Source: Eledone cirrhosa (Eukaryota). From it: a stretch of 64,000 nucleotides of DNA. Shown here piece after piece: positions 54,481 through 64,000 of the stretch. The DNA lies in NCBI GenBank assembly GCA_964016885.1, contig OZ024745.1, positions 9,424,001-9,488,000 on the forward strand, in the 5' to 3' direction. A program made the position numbers and the translations under genes. How positions within the stretch are numbered: the first letter of the stretch is position 1; every line of letters begins with the position of its first letter. The notes below the pieces were generated by a model. It had not been told where the DNA came from. It saw nothing but the letters and a program-made list of their open reading frames with translations, and made no database searches.

Positions 54481-55249
54481 TTAAAATATTAGACATACAC
54501 TATCATCATCATATTCATCACCATTTGTCCTAGTCTGAGTCAGTTCTTATTTAAAGTTACTTCTAGATGGGTTCAACAACTTCAGTTTGATTATATTTTT
54601 CACTTTTGGCATAGTTTCTATGCCTGGATCCCTTCTTAACACCTGTCACTTTACAGAATAAACTGTGTGCATTTATCATAGCACTCAGCAGTAGACAGGT
54701 TGTCATGCTTTTGACATGACTCAAGTCCTCTTTATCATTGCTTATCACCATTTGATTACTAACCAATTTACAGAGTGTATTGTGTTCATTTTATCATAGC
54801 ACCATCTCTAGAGAGGTTTCCTTCTTCCCTGTATGACTAAAGAGTCCACTCTAATATACATAGTTTGTGTTCTTTCAAGGCAAGCATGGCTGAGAATACA
54901 AACAGAAGAGGAGTGATGACCTAGAGGGTGAAAAAAGTAGAGAATATTGAAGGGGAAACAGTGATAGCATGGTAAGGATATTAACAATGGAGGAGAGAAT
55001 GATGAATATATATTGGTTGTTGGAAAGAAGTTGGTTAAAGCAGCATGATGAGATAGCAACAAAGATGAGTCATAGTAAGGGAGAGTGACTGATAGGAACA
55101 GCAATATATAAATGTCAGCTAGGAGTCATCTAGAAGAGAAAAAAATGACAACACAAAAGGATGCTGAAGAGAGAATTATGGTTAGCAGTAAGGGGTGACA
55201 CTTAGGACTACTGAATATGGACAGCCAAGATGCCCTTCCTCATTACATA

Positions 55250-55530
55250 TGTTTAGTCTACTGGGGCGGGAGGGCTATCCTGCTGTTTGGTCTACTTGGA
55301 GGAGGGGCGCTTATCCTGCTGTTTGGTCTACTGGGTGGGGTCTTATTCTGCTGTTTGGTCTATTGGGTGGGGTCTTATCCCGCTGTTTGGTCTACTGGGT
55401 GGGGTCTTATCCCGTTGTTTGGTCTACTGGGTGGGGTCTTATCCCGCTGTTTGGTCTACTGGGTGGGGTCTTATCCTGCTGGTTGGTCTACTGGGTGGGG
55501 GCTTGTCCTGCTGTTTTGTCTACTTGGGGC
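55250..55530. repeat. 32-bp G-rich minisatellite (GCTGTTTGGTCTACTGGGTGGGGTCTTATCCY), about 8-9 copies
   Basis: Period 32 (55382, 55414, ...). Confidence 0.9.
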
Positions 55531-55539
55531 AGACATCTC

Positions 55540-56040
55540 TCCCATTCATTCTCATTTAACAATATCTTGTAATATCACTTTCATGTTTCTTTCCATTGCC
55601 AGTAGGTGTCCCATTGTCATTCTGTCCCCACTTTTCCCTGATAATGCTTTGGTTATCTTTAGTACACCAGAACCCTAATCCTATGCTACTGATCTTTACA
55701 CTCCAGAACATTAGCAAACCTCTTCTGCTTCTCCCCTTCATAAATATACCTGTCATCTGGTTTCTATTCTTCCAGTCTTTTGAAGCCTATCTTTTTGTTT
55801 TTATGACCCTATTTACAGTACTGTTCCAAAGCCATGTCACCTTCACCTGGTTGGAATCTTGCCTCAGTCACAGATTTGGCATGTTGTCCTCAGATTGTCT
55901 CAGGCAGTTTTAATTGCTTTTTTTATGTTATAGGTCTCCATTTTCTCCTTGTTTTTGTCAAATGCTTCAACTAATATTTCTCTAAACCTTTGACTATTTC
56001 ATGTCTCTTCAAGCTTCCACATCTTCTTTCTCCAAACTAC
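55540..56040 (-). mobile_element. Old RTE-like linker-region fragment
   Basis: Minus-strand translation gives KMWKL..FREILVEAFD and TWLWNSTVNRVIKTK..KDWK, resembling the pre-RT region at 24572-24880. Confidence 0.5.
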
Positions 56041-56404
56041 CTTTAAATGAATGCATTACTTTTTCATAGAAGGTGGTTAAAAACAGAAACAAGAGTGAAA
56101 TGTATAAAATTTTAAAAACTTGAAAGGTTCCAAAGTAATTCTTCATAAGCTGTATGTAATCTGTTTTCTTTGTCATTTCATGTACAATATGTTTCTATCT
56201 CAAACCAAAAATAGAAAAGGTACTTTTTTAGTGTTAAATTTATTACAAATCATCCATCAGTTAATTCAAATTACTGGCTCAGTCTCTAGCAGATTAAGCA
56301 GGTTAAGCTATTATTACTTTTTTAACATTGGTTTATTAATACACAAAAAAAGTACAATCTCAGTAGATAAACTTTCTCCTAACTCTCTTTGTCTTGAATT
56401 TCAG

Positions 56405-56459
56405 ATTCAAACCCAAGCAGTGGTGGAAGAGTACTTGATGTTAAGAAAACTGATAGAAA
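56405..56459 (+). CDS. Host gene exon D (55 nt, phase 1 to 2): (N)SNPSSGGRVLDVKKTDR
   Basis: Acceptor gtcttgaatttcag, donor AA|gtaaga; supplies exactly the phase bridge between exons C and E. Confidence 0.7.
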
Positions 56460-57345
56460 GTAAGATCTTTCACAGAATATCCTACCTTCTTTTTGGGGGG
56501 TTTTTGATTAGTTATAATTTTTCTATTAGTAAATTGCCTACAGTTTTACAATTTGTAAAATAGTCACTTCTCCTTACTATGTATTTCTAAAATAGTCACC
56601 TCTCCTCAATATGTATGTATTTCGGTTTAATTTTTTTAATTAAGATTTCTTCAATATGCTAATTAAAATTAATTTGATATGTTATCATATTACATTTCCA
56701 ATTTGGATATCATTAACCTAAATTTCTTTTATTTGTTTTAATTATACAGATGATAGATTAATATCTAATCTTACAGAATAATATAGTATTTTGGGTGAAA
56801 ATTAGTTGAAACTGAATGTTAGTCTCTTTATCTGCTCATGAAATTTCATATTATGCCACAAGAAGCAAATCTATCTATGGACCAATGTTTTGTTTCAATT
56901 CTAAAACTGTACTCTTGTTCATTTTAAATGAAAAATAAAATTAAAAATTAAAAAAACACACACATTGATTTCTTATTCAAAAGTAATGCAACATTAATGT
57001 AAAATTGCTCTATTAAAGTGTATATTTGCATAAATATGTTTCATAAATATTGAATATGTTTACGAAAAAGAGTAATTCAACCACTATGAAGATGTAAAAA
57101 AATATATCAACAGATTTTGTTATTAGTTTTAGTGTATTATTCATATCAGTATTTATAGTGAATATCTGAAAAGTATGATGGAAATGGACTGGATCAATAT
57201 AAATTTTACTTTGTTTTTATTATCATTATAGTTTTTCACACTAATTTTCTGTAAATATATCCTGACATTTTCCATTCTGAGTTATTGCTATAAATAAAAA
57301 TGCTCTTATATTTGACATTCTAATGTATTACTTGTTACTATCTAG

Positions 57346-57460
57346 GAGTCCTGACCATGCTTTTGATTTAAATAAGTCATCAGTTATTGATCCAAAGCGC
57401 CAGAAAACAAAATGCACCAGAACAGCAAGTGAAATTAGTGGTTCTAGTATTGGGATGCAG
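57346..57460 (+). CDS. Host gene exon E (115 nt, phase 2 to 0): (K)SPDHAFDLNKSSVIDPKRQKTKCTRTASEISGSSIGMQ
   Basis: Acceptor ttgttactatctag, donor CAG|gtaagc, open frame. Confidence 0.8.
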
Positions 57461-57771
57461 GTAAGCAGCAGTTTTCTGTCTTTAACTTAATGTGTTTGTA
57501 TGTTGTTCTTTTTATTTCCAGGTATTTTTTGTCTATTTGTGACACCTTGATTGTGCATACATGCATCCGGCACCAGTTGTCAATGCATGCTACAGTCTTT
57601 TACTCAATGCAATCTTTTAATCCTGACAGTTGACATGGCACATTTCTGGTCAGCATCTAATATAAATCACTATTGATTTAACTCCTCCAGTGATTTCACA
57701 TATCCACTATGGTGCCTCTCTATAGTGGGATTTTCCTATCATTGAGGTTTACTCCCCTAGTAATGAAGGTT

Positions 57772-57892
57772 TAATCTGACTCCTACCCTTCAGTCTGTCT
57801 GGCATAGTTGGACTTAACAGGAGTTAGACTCCCGCCAGTATAGGCCCTCCAGATCAAAAGAGCACCCAAGCGACCTTACCACAACAAGGTAC
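57772..57892 (-). mobile_element. RTE 5'-UTR-like structured segment
   Basis: Reverse complement ccttgttgtggt..gcttgggtgctc..gatc..ctatactggcgggagt..ctcctg..atgccagacag..gggtaggagtcaga resembles conserved RTE 5' sequence (from memory). Confidence 0.45.
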
Positions 57893-58435
57893 TTAATCAT
57901 ATGTATGCAAGTATATATACACGCAATTGGTTGGCCATTGACTCTCATGAGTTCTTCTCTTTGATTTTTCATCCTGCAAGCTATTCAAAAATCAACCTCC
58001 TCACCAAACGAGTTTGATGAGGTTGTCCATTGTACTAGATTAGATGTTACCAGTGCCCTGGCAGTTAACAGATAGATGTGATACCCCTAATCAATCATGT
58101 TATTCTGTCTGTATTAAGGCACTTTTTTGTGAAGGCACATGGCTTAGTGGTTAGCGCATTGGGCTTACAATTGTGAGGTTGTAAGTTCAATTCCCAGACC
58201 AAATATATGGCATGATTTCAAACAGTTTATGTTTATAAAATTTCATTTAAAGGATTGGACAGCTTCATGTTATATTAGAAGACACTTGCCCAAGATCCCA
58301 CGAAATGGGATAGAACCCTAAACCCCGTGGTTGCAAAGCAAACTTTTTAACCACACAGTCATACCTGTACCTATCATGAGTACTGATGTAGAAATGTTTT
58401 GGGCAGTGGATATCATCTATTCTGTTACCACCATA

Positions 58436-59630
58436 AATAATAATAATAATGAAATTATTGTGTACAGTGCTCAGGTGTACTACAACTCATCAAAGGTGCA
58501 TGGATAGTACATAGAATAATGTATAAATGTCAGGAAAGGGAACAGTGTAGGAGTCATGATATACATGTGTGCATGTGTATGGAAGGGGGACATCAGGTGT
58601 AGTGTTGGTGAATTTCAGGAAGCATGGAAGTTTTAAAGGATGCAGTGTACTGACAGCTAACAACCGATGCAGATAGTTTGTTCCATGTTTCAGCAACTCT
58701 CAGTGTGAAAAAATGTTTCTGAAAGTCATGGGAGCTGCACTGTTTTCTTACTTTGTAGGCATGCCCATGAGTGTTAGACACATGGAATTTAAAAAGGTGC
58801 TCAGGGTTATTGTTGGCAAGATGGTTAATAATTTTGTGGGTGTTTACCAAGTCAGTTGCCAGGTGTCGGAGCTTCAATGTATCCATGCCCAGAGAAGCAA
58901 GGTGTTCAGAGTATGGTAGATGCCTTATAGAGGGTATTCGCTTGGTTGCACGTCTCTGAACAGTTTCCAGGTGGTCAATGTTCTGAGCAAGATAGGGGTT
59001 CCAGAATGGTGATGTAAATTCTAAGTGTCACTGCACCATAGCTATATACAGCTTTAAATAGATAGCTGGAGAGTGGATGACAAAGGTCTTACTGAGAGAT
59101 GCCAAGACACCCTCGGCCTTCTTGACAATTTTAGAAATGCGCTTAGTCCAATGCAAATCGCTGCTGACAGTAATGCCCAGGTCACGTTCACAAGAAGAGT
59201 TCTTGAGATTAGTGTTGTGGAGGGAGTATGTGGACACTGGGTTTTTCCTCCCAAAATGCATGGTGGTACACTTGTCCACAACCAGCTTGAGTTGCCAGTC
59301 CGCGATCCATTGTTGCATTGTGTCCAGGTCTGATTGCAGGAAAGGTCTATAGTGTTCAGGATCTGTCCTTTTTATCTCAAGGTACAGCTTGATGTTGTCT
59401 GCATATTTTAGCACTTTGGCATTCTTTAAGTTGCCATCTATATCATTAATATATGCAACAAACAAAAGGGGACCAAGAACAGATACCTGTGATACACCAG
59501 ATGACATCTCATAGGGTGAAGAATGCTGTCCTATAACCGTGACTACCTCTTTTTGACTGAGAATGAAGGACTTGAACGAGTTACAAAGATCATATTTCAC
59601 ACCCATTGCAGAGAGCTTTGCCATAAGTCA
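58436..59630 (-). mobile_element. 5'-truncated CR1-like LINE
   Basis: ORFs 59028-59624 (GVSQVSVLGPLLF, KYADN, ERDLGITVSSDL) and 58593-58886; (TTA)n tail at 58436-58450. Confidence 0.92.
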
Positions 59631-60049
59631 TCACCACCAACACCGTCTAACGTCTATTTACCATGCTTGCATGGTCATCATATACTATGGGTAGATAGGT
59701 CAGGTGACCATGTCATGCTCATACACTCTATTTCGGTTTGGTGTCTGTTTTAGTAAATCACAATCCTTTGCTCTAATTATATACAAATTGACCAGTTAGT
59801 GGTGAAAGTTTTTCCATTTTCTTCTAGATAGTAACACCATTCTTTAAACCAGTAAATTTCTATAAACTAGTATAATGTTAGTTTTTTTCTAATAATCTAA
59901 CCAAGGAATTGAAATGAGCTACTTATTTGAAAGGTGACTGGAATCTAGTCTTACAATAATTGTAAAGGATTCAAATTCTTTTACATTAGTTATGTGATCA
60001 AAGAATATTTTTTTATTTCGTAATTCTTTTCATTCAAATGTAGAATATT

Positions 60050-60260
60050 AATTTCCAATTCAGGTACAAGCTCAACAAGGGAAGGGCAAAGTTGATTAAA
60101 TCAATCCCGGTGCTTGACTGGTACTTTATTTTATTGATCATGATGAAAAGCAAAGTTGACTTCAGCAGGATTTAAATTCAGAATGTAAAGAGCCAGAACA
60201 AATAACCACAATGGCATTTTATTTGATGCTTTACCAGTTCTGCTAATTCATCAACCTATT
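60050..60260 (-). mobile_element. Degenerate SINE
   Basis: gactggtactttattttattga..gatgaaaagcaaagttgac..ggattt. Confidence 0.65.
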
Positions 60261-60420
60261 CAATATAGAATATCAAAATTAGTTTGTTTCTTCAGTTGCA
60301 GCTTGTCTATAAAATCCTATTCATATTCTCTTTCCTCTATATATATCATCATATATATGAAGTATTTCTGTAGAAAGGGTAAAGGAAGGGATAGTGCTCT
60401 ATGTATACTACAGAGCTATT

Positions 60421-60632
60421 TAATTATGTAATAAACAACACAATACAATTATTCCATTTACCAAAGGTTTCACAAAGACAGGCGAACTCAATAGAGACAT
60501 CTGAAATCATTCATCAGAAAGGAAAATTTTCTTTTCTACTGAATGATTTCAGATGTCTCTATTGAGATTGCCTGTGTTCGTGAAACCTTTGGTAAATGGA
60601 ATAATTGTATTGTGTTATTTATTACATAATTA
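60421..60632. mobile_element. Foldback element, near-perfect 212-bp palindrome
   Basis: taattatgtaataaa..ccatttaccaaaggtttcac..ctcaatagagacatctgaaatcattca mirrored by tgaatgatttcagatgtctctattgag..gtgaaacctttggtaaatgg..tttattacataatta. Confidence 0.85.
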
Positions 60633-60811
60633 TATATATATATATATATATAACCTATGTTTATTGCTCTGGTCTTTTTTTAGTCCATGGAGCGCTTGCC
60701 GCATAACTCGGATAGTGCGTTCCGCTTTGTTTTCGACCACTGCTGAAATTCAATCTCGCTGAAATTATCATCATCATCATTTGTCTATCTTCCACGCTAG
60801 CATGGGTTTAG

Positions 60812-60863
<52 letters not shown>

Positions 60864-61076
60864 CATACATAGACATATATATATGTGTGTGTGTTCTGTA
60901 CCTCAACATTCATACCACTTGGCAGATTTATTTACTCAAAGTTTGATTCCTAAATACTTTTATGAATTATACCTCTGATGAGATGATTCTAAATGTTTTA
61001 TTGACCATGAAACTGCATTGAGCTTGAAATTTTATTGGCATGACTCTTTATTTATCTGAGCTTTCACCATTTCCAG

Positions 61077-61201
61077 GGAGAAGATATTGTGAGCCCTAAA
61101 AGCAGACGGCCATTACAACATTCAACTGTAGCTAACCAAATGAAAAACATAAATGAAACTCAACAACCACATTACAGTCCTCGACATGGAACAATTGAGT
61201 G
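61077..61201 (+). CDS. Host gene exon F (125 nt, phase 0 to 2): GEDIVSPKSRRPLQHS...SPRHGTIE
   Basis: Acceptor tttcaccatttccag, donor TG|gtaaga. Confidence 0.8.
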
Positions 61202-61258
61202 GTAAGACTTACTTTATTCTTAACTAACAGCACCAATAGATTATTGTTGTTCAGTTAA

Positions 61259-61752
61259 CCTTTTGGATACCAAACTGCCTGAAATTATTCCAATTTCTAC
61301 TATATTAAGCTGTTTATCTTAGTGCTTATATTTATTAAAAAAAAAAGAAAACAAAAAAAACTTCCATCATAATTCCATGTAAGATTCTTAAAGTTGCACT
61401 GAAACACCAGCTTAATAGCAAGAAAGTTATATTACTAAATCTTTCTGGATGTTTTATTTTCCAAATTATTTGAAAACGATAGACAGTCATTAGAAATATG
61501 GTAATGAAAGGGTTAAAGACATAGACAGTGTCTTTCATTAGAAATATGGTAATGAAAGGGTTAAAGACATAGACAGTGTCTTTCATTAGAAATATGGTAA
61601 TGAAAGGGTTAAAGACATAGACAGTGTTTTTCAGTAAAAATATGGTAATGAAAGGGTTAAAGACATAGACAGTGTTTTTCAGTAGAAATATGGTAATGAA
61701 AGGGTTAATGACATAGACAGCGTCTTTCATTAGAAATATGGTAATGAAAGGG
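61259..61752. mobile_element. piggyBac-type (TTAA) MITE whose right terminus is tandemly repeated (48-bp unit, 6 copies)
   Basis: TTAA|CCTTTTGGATACC at 61255-61271; GGTAATGAAAGGG|TTAA at 61500, 61548, 61596, 61644, 61692, and with TTGA at 61740. A similar terminus TTAACCCTTTTGTAACCATATTT occurs at 1701. Confidence 0.7.
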
Positions 61753-62392
61753 TTGATATATAATGTTGTTTTCTCTGACTTTGGAATAAATTTTGAATTG
61801 TTTGACCTTTTTTCAATTTTCATTTTAACATAAACAGAAAATAGCCAGCATTGCCTGATATTTGTAGAATTATATTATTTAAAGTTAGAGAACAGGTGCA
61901 GTGGCTTGTATTTCTGTGATGAGATTATTGTACTTGGTATTTTGTGTGAACTTTTAAAGGAACATAATTCAGTAAAAAATGTGTGTCTGTAAGTGAGGTG
62001 TGTTTGTGAGGGGATCTTTGACAGTCAGGTGACTTAAAAAAAACTCTCTCTCTCCCTCCCATTCACCAGTTTCAAATGTCCTTGCTTACCTAAACAGTAA
62101 ATAAAATTACTATTGTAGTTATGAATCACTTTTTAGATGTTTGTAACAGAATATTAAAAAAATTTATTTTTCTTTCTTTTTGTCTTCCATAGTTTTTATA
62201 TTATTACTATTATTGCTTATCTAATGTTGTGCAGGAAATTATTACTCATGTCAATCTTTCCAATTTGATCCATTCTTATCTCCCCCCCCCCCTCCTCTCT
62301 TGTATTAGTATTATGTAATATTACATAATTCTATATTTATTAGAATTTTTTTGAAATGATAATTCTCTCTCCGCTTTATATTTCTCTCTCTC

Positions 62393-62434
<42 letters not shown>

Positions 62435-62573
62435 CACACACACACATAAATGTACGAGAAAATAATTTTGTTACTTTTATATGGTATTAGTGTTATGTAA
62501 TATTACACAATTCTACATTCATTAGAAAAGTTGTTTTTTTATTATAATAGTTTGAAATCTTTTTTTTTTAAAG

Positions 62574-62685
62574 TTGGCCTGATCCTGACTCTGATGCAAT
62601 TTGTCACAAGTTTGAGTCTTCAACCATGGATAATATCTCACTGCCTCAGTCTGGCTTAGTTAAACATTCATCTGTAGACCATCAT
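62574..62685 (+). CDS. Host gene exon G (112 nt, phase 2 to 0): (C)WPDPDSDAICHKFESS...SSVDHH
   Basis: Acceptor tttttttttaaag, donor CAT|gtaagt, open frame compatible with exon F. Confidence 0.75.
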
Positions 62686-63279
62686 GTAAGTAAAGAATTT
62701 AGCATGTTTGCATTCATTGAGTTCACTATTGTTGACACTTGTATGACGACTATCATAGAACTTGTCAAAAACTGAGCCCAGAAAGAAAACTATTTTATAT
62801 CTTTTGACAAGGAAATTTTGATTGTAAAACATTGAAATATTTAATTACTCATTTTAGGATCTTTACAATCTAATATTTCATTCAATTAATTTACTTAATT
62901 ATTTTATTTTGATTAATTCTTTTGAAACCACTATATTTTTTGTAGAATCACTTTGTATCTTGTTTTATATATTCTCTCCGTCATTTAATGTGTGTCTTCC
63001 CTGTTAGCAAGGGTTGGATGAAGCTTTGCTGACTGTCAATAGAGGAGTTACTGACTGCTCAGATAGGTCAGGGGCCTGCATCTTACTAACATACACTCCT
63101 GCACTCTACTGAATGGATTTTATCCTAATACTAGGGAGGTTGTTATGTCTTTCACACAGTTGAAAAGTCCCTCTCCCAACCCTTTGTTTGGTAGGTGTTC
63201 TATGAATAAATGCCCTTCCTATCACTAACCACTTTACAAGGTGTAATGGGTACATTTATTGTGTAGATCATCAATACTA

Positions 63280-64000
63280 GTTCTGACCGTTTGTCTGGCA
63301 AGCTTTCTGGAATTCATTGTTTGTCTTCCTATTTCTCAATGATACCTCACTCATGAGCTGGATTATTCTAATTTCCATTCTCTGTTACTTTCTGTTACTC
63401 CATGTTCATCACCCATATCTAACTCCCATAAATCATGGCACTGTTCACATATGCAGCATACACCTTTACCTTCAATTCCAGTAATATTCCTCCTCTCTCA
63501 TAAGCACATCACTCAGTTCTCAGAACCTCTTCCATGCACATCTCACTCTAAATACAATCACAAAGTCTGATACTCCCTCTCCAGATCCAGCTCAACATCC
63601 TCTCTATCTATAGCTCTCTCCATACACACCTTACACTTAAATGTAACTGCCACATTATTTAATAATCCTTTCACACCACTACATTTTTTATGTACTTACC
63701 TAGTATATACTGTACATTTACTGGAGTTAACTCCACCACCATTCCTGCATACTGCATATGGCCACCTTCCTGTGCTTTCCATCTCACTAAATGTACAGCA
63801 ACTCCCATGGTAAACCTTCCTTTACACTTCAGCTCAGTACCTCCATCATAACTACAAATAGCAATGAGCTTAATACTGATCCCTGATGCAGTCCAGCCTT
63901 CACTTCAAATTCATCATTCTTCCTGTCCTTTATTCTTACAACTGTATGCACTTTCTCATACAGTGTCATCACTATTCTACCCAACTATTCCCTGTTCCCA
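63280..64000 (-). mobile_element. Old degenerate RTE LINE fragment (RT C-terminal part), continuing beyond the window
   Basis: Minus-strand translation gives GRWPYAVCRNG..VHKKCSGV and RVRCAWKRF*EL..KVYAAYVNSAMIYGS, collinear with the RTE at about 25800-26230. Confidence 0.7.

Noticed and set aside
55195-55678. Hydrophobic multi-TM-looking ORFs and a possible G-quadruplex
   Set aside because: ORFs derive from the 32-bp minisatellite; G-tract pairs are separated by about 24-nt loops, so G4 support is weak.

Overview
AT-rich, repeat-dense eukaryotic DNA. The SINE/LINE repertoire resembles octopus (coleoid cephalopod) genomes; this assignment is inference from remembered repeat families. Almost none of the supplied ORFs are real genes. 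Reading splice signals by hand gives seven small + strand exons (16314-16579, 23347-23400, 23873-23955, 56405-56459, 57346-57460, 61077-61201, 62574-62685). They join with matching phases into an open 810-nt/270-aa internal segment of a large Ser-rich protein carrying an AKAP-like amphipathic helix. The dominant structure is a ~19.7-kb 30/31-bp hairpin satellite (about 31299-50970) in the 32-kb intron. It lies between the TIRs and 8-bp TSD of a hAT-type MITE (31203-51000), appears to be an amplified subterminal motif of that element, and contains a 5175-bp higher-order duplication. Two other tandem arrays are also tied to DNA-transposon ends. The rest consists of CR1-like, RTE and CRE-like non-LTR fragments, many tRNA-derived SINEs, foldback MITEs and micro/minisatellites.
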